A stretch of 64,000 nt of DNA from a bacterium (GTDB lineage Bacteria > Zhuqueibacterota > Zhuqueibacteria > Oceanimicrobiales > Oceanimicrobiaceae). The position numbers and the translations under genes were made by a program. Shown piece after piece: positions 40,014-49,700 of the stretch (position 1 is the stretch's first letter; each line of letters begins with the position of its first letter). The notes beneath the pieces are model-generated. The model did not search any database. It was given only the letters and a program-made list of their open reading frames with translations, and was not told where the DNA came from. Location of the stretch: NCBI GenBank assembly GCA_046758365.1, contig JBHIAC010000001.1, positions 64,001 through 128,000 on the forward strand, given 5' to 3'.

Positions 40014-41255
40014 ATGAGAATTTTAACAATAGATAAATTTTATTTTATCAAAGGAGGGGCCGAACGGTATTACTTTGAATTAAAAAGAATTTTAGAAGAA
40101 CATGGCCATACAGTAATTCCATTTTCAATGGTCCATCCTGATAATTATGACACCCCTTACAGCGATTATTTTGTTGATCATATAGAATTCAATGGGCTTT
40201 CAACGTTAAGATCAATCGTGGAAAGTCCGAAAATAATAGGCAGGATTCTATACTCAAAGCAAGCGAAACAAGGGATAAAGCGTTTGATTGATGATACTAA
40301 TCCAGACATTGCGCATTTACATATGATTGATCATCAACTGTCGCCTTCCATTTTGGACGTGTTACGCGATGCGAATATACCTGTCATTCAAACCTTGCAT
40401 CAATACAAACATGTCTGTCCCAGTTATCGCCTCTTTAACACTCGTACAGCACAAATTTGTGAAAAATGCCTGGACGGTCATTTATGGCATCCCATGGTTG
40501 AAAAGTGTCATAAAGATTCTATTATTTCCAGTGCACTTCTAGTTGTCGAAGCATATTTTCATCGATGGCTTAGGATTTATGAGAACATCGATCTTTTTCA
40601 TGCGCCAAGTGAGTTTATGCGCCAAAAGATGATTTCAGGAGGATTTTCAAAAGAAAAAATTGTAAAGCAATATTATACTATTCGCCTTTCAGATTATCCT
40701 TTTTACCAAGATTTCAAAGATTATTTAATTTATTTTGGCCGCCTTTCCGAAGAAAAAGGGCTTCTTAATTTATTAACAGCAATGAAAAAGGTTAAACGAC
40801 TAAAATTACTTATTGTTGGAGATGGACCGCAATGTGTGGAGTTAGAAAAATTAGCTTTAAAGCTTGGCCTAAATAATGTTACATTTGTTGGTTTAAAATT
40901 TGGGGCTGAATTGAAACAGTTGGTTAGTCAGTCAAGATTTGTTGTTGTCCCATCGCTATGGTATGATAATTCACCTTTGGTTATTTACGAAGCATTTGCT
41001 ATGGGAAAACCTGTCATAGGTTCCAATATAGGTGGAATATCTGAGCTAATCGATCCAGGTGAAAATGGATATTTATTTTCACCAAATGACATAGAGAGCC
41101 TTTTATCATATATTAATGAGTTAGGAAGAGACAATAAAAAAGTACGTCGTTTTGGACAGAATGCCAGAATGAAAGCGGAAAAGGAATTTAATCCGACCCT
41201 TCATTATCAATGGATTATGAATATCTATAATGAGCTACTTGATGAGAAACGGTGA
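40014..41255 (+). CDS. GT4 glycosyltransferase
   Basis: GGAERY, CP...CEKC..C insert, GRLSEEKG, PSLWYDNSPLVIYEA. Confidence 0.88.
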   Translation: MRILTIDKFYFIKGGAERYYFELKRILEEHGHTVIPFSMVHPDNYDTPYSDYFVDHIEFNGLSTLRSIVESPKIIGRILYSKQAKQGIKRLIDDTNPDIAHLHMIDHQLSPSILDVLRDANIPVIQTLHQYKHVCPSYRLFNTRTAQICEKCLDGHLWHPMVEKCHKDSIISSALLVVEAYFHRWLRIYENIDLFHAPSEFMRQKMISGGFSKEKIVKQYYTIRLSDYPFYQDFKDYLIYFGRLSEEKGLLNLLTAMKKVKRLKLLIVGDGPQCVELEKLALKLGLNNVTFVGLKFGAELKQLVSQSRFVVVPSLWYDNSPLVIYEAFAMGKPVIGSNIGGISELIDPGENGYLFSPNDIESLLSYINELGRDNKKVRRFGQNARMKAEKEFNPTLHYQWIMNIYNELLDEKR

Positions 41256-42388
41256 ATAATATGGCAAAAAAGATCACCTTATTACAAGTTGTAAATGGTT
41301 TGGCTGCCGGGGGTGGTGAATTAAAGCTTTTGGAACTATTAAAGAATCTCGGCCCTCAAAAATATAATATTGTTATAGCCAGTGTAGGTCAAGGTGGTGT
41401 TTTAGAACAGGACTTTCGCCAATTGGGCTATCCTCTATTTATTTTCAATAAAAAACATCGGTTTGACGTGACTTTGATTTGGCAGCTTGTAAAACTCATA
41501 AAGCGGTATAAGGTTGATATCGTTATGACAACTCTCTTTTACGCAGATGTTATCGGTGCTATTGCAGCATGGTTGGCTAGAGTCAATGCTGTAATATCCT
41601 GGGAGGTATTTACTGCGCCCCAACAACGTCGTCATAGTCTGGTTTATAGGATTGTACAACGAAATTTTACTAAAGTCGTATCTGTTTCAGAGGCTATAGC
41701 CCGTATTGTCATTAATGAACGTGGGGTTCCTGCTGAAAAGGTGGTTACCATTCACTACGGAGTTGATACAGAAAAATACAAAATAAACCATCATCTAAAT
41801 AAGCGCGCAGAATTAGGTATAGGTGAAAAAGAGATTATTTTGGGCACGGTTGCGCGCCTTACTGAACAGAAGGGGCACCGATATCTTATTGAGGCGGCAC
41901 CTGATATTATCGCAAAATTTCCCAATGTGAGATTTGTCTTTGTTGGTGGAGGGCCTTTGGAATATGAACTAAAACGACAAATTCAAGATTTAGGTATTAA
42001 AAACTATATTATTTTTCTTGGAGTCCGTAAGGATGTGGTTGAATTATTAAACACATTTGATGTTTTTGTACTGCCTTCTCTCTATGAAGGTCTCCCGAAT
42101 GTAGTTTTAGAGGCCATGGCCTGTGGAAAACCTATTGTTGCTACTTCAGTAGATGGAACCCCTGAAGCTGTGATTCATGGAGAAACAGGCTATCTTGTAG
42201 AACCCCAAAATCCGACTGGACTATCTGAAGCTGTAATTAATCTGCTCAACCAGCCAGATCAAATAATATTATTTGGAGAAAACAGTAGGAGAAGAGCAGA
42301 AAATTATTTTTCTTTAAATAGACAAATTAAACAATTTAAGAATCTTTTCAATAATATTACATTAGCTAATAGCAATTGTAAAAAATAA
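41252..42388 (+). CDS. GT4 glycosyltransferase (start GTG 41252 or ATG 41261)
   Basis: GGGE, ARLTEQKG, PSLYEGLPNVVLEAMACG. Confidence 0.9.
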   Translation: MNNMAKKITLLQVVNGLAAGGGELKLLELLKNLGPQKYNIVIASVGQGGVLEQDFRQLGYPLFIFNKKHRFDVTLIWQLVKLIKRYKVDIVMTTLFYADVIGAIAAWLARVNAVISWEVFTAPQQRRHSLVYRIVQRNFTKVVSVSEAIARIVINERGVPAEKVVTIHYGVDTEKYKINHHLNKRAELGIGEKEIILGTVARLTEQKGHRYLIEAAPDIIAKFPNVRFVFVGGGPLEYELKRQIQDLGIKNYIIFLGVRKDVVELLNTFDVFVLPSLYEGLPNVVLEAMACGKPIVATSVDGTPEAVIHGETGYLVEPQNPTGLSEAVINLLNQPDQIILFGENSRRRAENYFSLNRQIKQFKNLFNNITLANSNCKK

Positions 42389-42411
42389 GAGATAATAACG
42401 GACAAACAAAT

Positions 42412-42807
42412 ATGACAACTGGAAAAAATTTTATGAAAGGTTTTTTATTAGGAATAACAACTTCTTTAATTTTATTTCTTGGGCTTCTGTTACTTGTATG
42501 GATAAATCGTGTAAAGATTGTTGATGAAGCATTGAATTATGCATTTCCTACTCTTGCTGAAGAAGTTTTCAAAGCTATGCCTGATGCTTACATTTCCGTT
42601 AACATAGAAAAAGTGATAACCACCTTTGACGCATTTACCAATGCGGCCTCAAAAAATGCAATATCCAGACAGGATTTTAATAAATTGGGAAAGCTATTAG
42701 CAAAAGTACTGAAAGATAAAAAAATAACCTGGCATGAAATGGACGCAATAATAAACTTGATGCAGAAAGTAACAAAAGACCAATACAAAAGAAAGTTTAA
42801 ACATTAA
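42412..42807 (+). CDS. Hypothetical membrane-anchored helical protein
   Basis: ATG ORF collinear with the operon, one N-terminal TM. Confidence 0.6.
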   Translation: MTTGKNFMKGFLLGITTSLILFLGLLLLVWINRVKIVDEALNYAFPTLAEEVFKAMPDAYISVNIEKVITTFDAFTNAASKNAISRQDFNKLGKLLAKVLKDKKITWHEMDAIINLMQKVTKDQYKRKFKH

Positions 42808-42855
42808 ATAAAGAAATAATAACATCAAACAAATTTAAAAAGGGGTGATATAATT

Positions 42856-43173
42856 TTGTCTAAGTTTTCTATCATAGCAGTTATTTCAGCGTTTTTGGTG
42901 GGCATGTTTTCAGGTGCTTTCGCCATTATTACTTTTAGGCATGAAATTTGGCCAATTTCAGGGCATGTTAAAGAGATGGCTTTATATGTAATTTCTTCTG
43001 TGCCAATATTTGTGATATTATTAATGTGGTATTTGAAAGTTATTAAATTTTGTGGGAAGGTGTTGGGAGAAGGTCTAGGTCGATTGATTAATGCCATTTT
43101 GAGCTTCGTATTAGTGACATTGATTCTACTTTTTGCAGTGATAATTGGCATCTTTTTTGTCGTTATTACTTAA
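42856..43173 (+). CDS. Small hypothetical 3-TM membrane protein
   Basis: TTG start preceded by AAGGGGTG RBS; three hydrophobic segments. Confidence 0.55.
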   Translation: MSKFSIIAVISAFLVGMFSGAFAIITFRHEIWPISGHVKEMALYVISSVPIFVILLMWYLKVIKFCGKVLGEGLGRLINAILSFVLVTLILLFAVIIGIFFVVIT

Positions 43174-43500
43174 GACTCATTGTCGTAGTCCAACGTTTTC
43201 CCGCCATTTAGGTCACGATAATTCCTCACTTGTTTTACTGTTTAATGATATTAATAAGTAAAAAAATTTGTGGATAATTTAGTTTATGAATAAAAAATAA
43301 TAAAGGAGCTGTAGCTGTATTTTACCATGAGTACATGCCTTTCAAAGAGTGCTTCAAATTAGTAAATAATGATGAACCTAATCGGTTTTTTAGTCAAGAT
43401 TTATAGTAGCTCTCGACTTAAGATCATGTGGCGATTTTAATCCACAAGGTTGAATATTTTCCAAATTAATGATTGTAGAATTTGTATTTAACTGAAATAA

Positions 43501-43517
43501 TGTTTCAATTAGACACA
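43501..43517. promoter_or_regulatory. Candidate enhancer-binding-protein site (TGT-N11-ACA dyad)
   Basis: TGTTTCAATTAGACACA, 12/17 self-complementary, about 100 bp upstream of the sigma54 site. Confidence 0.45.
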
Positions 43518-43588
43518 TACCCGAAGGCATCGTGTATATAAGTCTAAGTTTTATAAAAACAAAAAACAAGGCTATTTTAATTAATAAG

Positions 43589-43601
43589 TATCAAGAACTT
43601 A
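43589..43601 (+). promoter_or_regulatory. IHF binding site
   Basis: TATCAAGAACTTA matches WATCAANNNNTTR exactly, with an upstream A/T tract. Confidence 0.55.
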
Positions 43602-43617
43602 TTCACGATTGATTAAA

Positions 43618-43633
43618 TGGTACAATATTTGCA
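43618..43633 (+). promoter_or_regulatory. Sigma54 -24/-12 promoter
   Basis: TGGTACAATATTTGCA: GG-N10-GC with TTGCA -12 box, 77 bp before the ATG. Confidence 0.75.
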
Positions 43634-43710
43634 AAATCAATATTATTCTCGTTACAAGACTAATTTATGTTAGCTTAAATTTTAAAATATTTGTTTATTA
43701 GCGGTCTTCT

Positions 43711-46700
43711 ATGGAGGTTCATGCAATGCTAAATCTATATTCCTTAGGATCGAGGTCTATTTTAGGAGCTATAATTTTTTTGTTTTTCACCTCGGCAATA
43801 TTTGCGCAATACAAAATCATGCCACTTGGAGATTCGATCACAAGGGGAGAAGGGTCCTCTGCCGATGGAGGATATCGGGATGATTTAGATTCCTTATTGA
43901 CTGATGCGGGAGAGCTTTTTAATTTTGTTGGAACTTTGAGCGATACTTCCGGAGACCATGATAGAGACCATGAAGGGCACGATGCTTGGCCAGCCGATTC
44001 CGTCGATTTTCATATCAACACTTTGATGAATTCATATAATCCTGACATAGTTCTTTTACACATTGGAACTAACAATATATCGGGAGATGAAAATACTTTA
44101 TTAATAATAAATGAAATTAGTAGTATCGTAGATAAAATTTATAATTATGACACTTCAACTATTATACTATTATGCAGTTTGATCCCAAGAACGGATTTGA
44201 CCTCAAGAGACGAACAAACCACAGCTCTTAATCAATCCATAGAAACTTTAGTTTACGACAAAAGGACTTTGGGCTATATAATTTATTATGTAGGACAGAA
44301 TGAAATCTTTAAATCGAATAACAATTGGGCCACTGATTATATGGTTAATAATTTGCATCCAAATGATACCGGTTATAACCTAATGGCACAGGTATTTTTT
44401 AATGCCATATTAAATGCAATCAATTCATCAGGTTCAATTGTTACTGACAATTTCAATCGTACAAAATTAGGAATCACTTGGGTTGCTGATCCAGAATATA
44501 TTATTGTTAATAATCAGCTTTCAAACACCTCAGCGGTTGATGCTTGGGATTTTATGGCTGTTTATGTAACTCAAATTAATCCAAAACAAGTTTCATTCAC
44601 CTGGGGTGTAAATGCCGATGCCAATGGAATCGATCTTGGTGGCTTTGCTTTAATGCTGAATAGCCCGTCTCCAGATGCTGACGGATACCTTGTATGGAGG
44701 CGTACGTCAGATAACAGAATTGATCTATGGACCATTGTAAATGGTGTTCCAGACACCCCCATAGCCCAAACAGCTACTTCATTACCACCTCCTTCCGCAG
44801 GGGATGAATTTAAGATTATTTTAAGCACAGATGGGAGTGGTCATCATTTTGATTGTTTTATAAATGGTTCATTAGACGCGAGGATTTCAGATCTAAATAA
44901 ATTACAAGGAAATGGAGCTACACTTTATTCTGGCGTGTATCTTAGAGGAAATAAAAACAATGATATTGATAATTTCAATATTATCCAGAGTAGTGATGAG
45001 ACGAGGCCGGCTGCAGTTATAGATCTGAGCGTCGGTTTAATTTCAGCAACATCAATTGAATTAACATGGAAAGCAACCGGGGATGATTCGCTCCAAGGGA
45101 CCGCATCGAGCTATGATCTGCGTTATGCAACCACTCTTATAACCAATGAGAATTTTCCAGGAGCCACTAAAGTGACTGGTTTGCCCACACCTTCAGGCCC
45201 GAGCACTCCGGAGAGCTTTTTTGTTACAAATTTACAGCCGAATACTACATACTATTTTGCATTAAAAGTTTTGGATGAAGCCAACAATGCTTCAGATATT
45301 TCTAATGTTCCAACGGCAACAACTCTATCTGGATTTACATTTACAGATGATTTTAATAATAGGAGTGAATTAGGAACAGATTGGAATGCTGACCCAGAAT
45401 ATCAGATTGTTTCAGGGGAATTAGACAATACCTCGGCATTGGATCAATGGGGTTTTATGGCCGTTTATACGGCTCGTAAAAATCCCCTTGATGTATCGAT
45501 CCAATGGGGTTCTGGGGCTGATGCTAATGGAATCGATGGCGGTGGGTTTGCCATAATGTTAAATTCTTCGTCTCCAGATGCTGACGGATATTTAGTTTGG
45601 AAAAAGCCTACCCAACAATTATATGATCTTTGGACGATCGTGAATGGCCAGCCTGCACAGTCTATCACTCAAGTAGCTTCCACTATCCCCGGGCCTGCAG
45701 CGGGAGGTACTTTTAAGGTCGTACCAAGATCTGATGACTCCGGTCACCATTTTGATTGCTTTATTGATGGACAATTTGATGCGACAATTTCAGATGTAAA
45801 CAAACTTCAGGGCAATGGTTCAATTCTTTATTCAGGCGTAATGTTGCGTGGAGGAAGAAATAACAATGTAGATGAGTTCTCTTTAACTTATCAAGTTGGT
45901 AATCCCACAAGTTTAGTGAAAGATTTTGGCGATAATCAGACGGGAGTAGTTAATACTACTTTACCTGATTCATTGGTTGTTTTGGTTTCAGATCAAAATG
46001 GTAATCCAGTTCCAAACGTCGGAATCGACTATACGGTGACAGAGGGGAATGGGTCTGTGAATGTTGTGGCTACGCTTGATAAAATTCGAGTTGAAGCAGA
46101 ATCGGGAATATTAACAGCACCCATGCAAATTGCAGCAGACCCTTTGGCTTCCAATGGTAATTATATATGGGTACCTGTGGGTGCAGGCACCAACGGAGTT
46201 GCTGAATATTCATTTGATGTTCCTACAGACGATACCTATGTAATTTGGGGTAGAGTAATAGCACCAAACGGTTCTGAAGATTCCTTCTTTATATCCATGG
46301 ATGGTGGACCAGATGTGTTATGGGATGTATTGCAGGGATTATGGCAAAGTGATTGGACTTGGGATCAAGTATCGGACCGAGGTACTGGAAGTAGTTTAAA
46401 TCCTGAATTTGATCCTAAGCTATTTCAATTAACAGCAGGGACACACAATCTTAAAATAAAACAAAGAGATGCGGGGACTAAAATAGATAAAATAATCATT
46501 ACGAGCGATTTAAATTTTGTGCCTTCCGGATTAGAAGAGACGAGTGGTTTGGAGACTGATATAAACGGTAAAGCTTTCGCTTTTTTGACTTTGGGTACTA
46601 CCGCTGGAAACAATAGCGTTCAAGTATCGGCAGCCGGTCTCATTCCTGTGACTTTTACAGCAACTGGAACTGCTGATTCGGCTGAAACCATCGAAAAAAT

Positions 46701-49700
46701 ATCTGGAGATGACCAAATCGCACCGCCCGGAACTCTGTTGCCTGAACCATTCGTGGTGGAATTAAAGGATCTGTATGGCAATCTAGTGGCCAATTTTCCT
46801 GTTAATTGGGATGTAATTACCGGAAATGGTACCCTGTCTTCTCCAAGCCCGGTTTTCACTGACGAAAATGGTCAGGCCTCAGATACCCTTACAATGGCTA
46901 CCAATGGCCCAATTAATGAAGTGTTGGTTACGGCCCCGGGAGTGGTAGGGGATTCTGTAATTTTTAGGGCTACGGCTGAACCCGGCGATCCAGCAACTTT
47001 GGTTGTGCTTTCAGGCGATGATCAAGTGGGACAGGCTAATCAAGTGTTACCAGAATCCTTAAGTGTTAAAATAACCGATGTGATTGGGACTCCAAAGTCC
47101 AACCATCCCGTTACGTTTGAAGTTAAAAGCGGCGGTGGAACCTTGAACGATTCTCTATCCATAATTACTAGAAATGCAAACGGTAATGGAATTGCTGAAG
47201 TTTCATGGACGTTAGGACCCGAATTAGGTGCGCAGAATACCGTGGAAGTAAGCTCTTCTTTTAATGGCAATCCCCTAAACAATTCACCCCATACATTTCA
47301 GGCTACAGCCTTGGCGCCTAGTATTTTAGCTAAAGAATCCGGGGATAACCAGACCGGAACCGCAAATAAGGCTCTTTCTCAACCTTTTGAAGTTAAGGTA
47401 ACCAGCAACGATGGAACACCTGTTGCAGGCGTGGAAGTTACCTTTACGGTTACTGGGGGCGGAGGAAATTTCAGTGGGACTTCTTCTACTATCGTGTTTA
47501 CTAATGACTTGGGTATCGCAGAGACTACTTTAACTTTGGGCCCAACGCCAGGCGCCACCAATACAGCTCAGGCCACGGCATCCTTTGATAGTAATCCTCT
47601 TGTTGGTTCCCCCATTGACTTTACAGCAACCTCGGCTGTGCCGCAAACATTGGTGCGGGTTTCTGAAGATACTTTAAATGGTCCGGTGAATTCGTCTTTG
47701 TCTGATTCTGTAAAAGTGCAAGTTCTGGATGCCTTGGACCAGCCATTAGAGAATTGGGATGTGATTTTTGCTGTCACTATGGGTGGAGGTAATGTTAATG
47801 GCAGCACAATTGATACAGTCCAGACTGATGCTAACGGTATTGCCGGAGCTGAATGGACCCTCGGTGGTGTCGCGGGTGATTACAACAATAAACTTCAGGC
47901 TTCGGCTACTTTTAATAGTCAACCCCTGGGTTCTCCTATTGAATTTGTAGCCTCAGCAGAACCCGGTACCGCAACAGATTTGGTCAAAGTATCCGGCGAT
48001 AGTCTAAACGGCGTCATCCAAAATCCTTTACCTGAACCCTTTGTGGTTCAAGTCACAGATGGTTCCAATCCTATTGTAGGATGGTCTGTTACATTTACGG
48101 TTATAGAAGGAGGCGGGAATATAAATGGCTCGCAATCTGTGGTGGTTCCAACCAATGCTTCCGGAGAGGCTTCTGCTACCTTGACTTTAGGAAATATTTC
48201 TGGCTTGTGGAACAATGTGGTAGAGGCTGCTGCGGAAAATGGTGACCCGTTAAATGGATCACCAATTAGATTTGTTGCAACAGCCGCAGCTAATAATGCA
48301 AGTAAATTAATTTATGTTGCTGGAAATAATCAAAATGGACAAGCTGGTGAATCTCTACCGCAGCAAGTCCAAGTAAAAGTTACTGACAACCAAGATAACC
48401 CAATATCGGGTCATCCAGTTACTTTTAAAGTAACCAAAGGCGGTGGCACGATTAACGGTTTATTATCTTCTGATACACTGGATGTTGTCCCTACCAATGA
48501 AAGTGGTATTGCATCAGTTACCTGGTATCTGGGGGGTACCATAGGAACTAATTCTCAAGCTTTGGAAATAAATGCGAATGATGGTGTAAACGATTTGGAT
48601 GGTTCCCCAATGACTATTTTAGCCAGCGCTACCGCTGGTCCGGTTGATCCCGATGCATCATATTTGGAATCTAATGTATCCCAATTACCAGCCGATGGAC
48701 AGACTACGGCTACCATCACGGTGGCCTTTACCGATAAATTTGGTAATCCTGTTGAAGGTAAGGCCGTGAACATTATTTCAACAGGTAGCTTCAATATCAT
48801 TAACAACCCAGCGAGTTTAACCGATGAAAATGGTCAGGCGGTTGGAACAATCGCCTCTACCAAAGCTGAAGTAAAATCTATTAGTGCAAGAAATGTGTCT
48901 GATGGTTTTGATTTAAATACTACAATTAATGTGGAATTTCTTCCTTTGGATCCTGATAAGATAGAGGAAAGTAGTGGTAACGGTCAAATCGCTAATATTG
49001 GCACAGCATTAGAGAATCCTATTGTTGTTATCGTCAAAGATGTAAATAACAACCCCGTTCCAGATGTAAGTGTTGAAATTTTGGTTAATGATGGCGGCGG
49101 GTTTATTTTAAATGAAAGCTCACCGCCTCAGGGCGCTTTAGGTAAATTCTCTGTGGCTATTCTTACAGATAGCGAAGGCAAAGCATCGGCTAATTGGGTG
49201 CTTGGCCCGAATCCTGGTACGAATACGGCGGAGGCGCGTGTCACTGGACTTACAGGTTCTCCAGTTGTTTTCACCGCTAACGGTGTCAATGCGACTGCAA
49301 CAAATATGGAATCATATTCTGGCGACAATCAAGAGGGAGTTATGGCAGGAAGAACCCTCCCTGATCCATTAAAAGTAAGAGTCACGGATGCCAACGGTAA
49401 ACCAGTTTGGAATGTACCAGTGACATTTACTATCACATTAGGGGGTGGATCACTTTCTAATGAAAATGCTGTGACTGATTATCAAGGCATTGCTCAAACT
49501 AACTTGACATTGGGACCAACGGTTGGAACCAATATGGTAGAAGCAAGCAATGCTTCGCTTTCCGGGTCACCAGTAACCTTCTTCTTTGTGAGTGTTGAAG
49601 GTACGCCGGCGATTCTAACCGCCTTTGAAGGAGATGGAGGAAGTGGGGCTGTAAACTCTCTTTATCCGATCTCTATCAAAATTACTGATATACATGAAAA

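Noticed and set aside
43269..43607. DnaA-box-like 9-mers (TGTGGATAA 43269, TAATCCACA 43438, TTATTCACG 43599) as a replication origin
   Set aside because: Only one perfect box, widely spaced, with no dnaA/dnaN/gidA context; the region is explained as a sigma54 promoter
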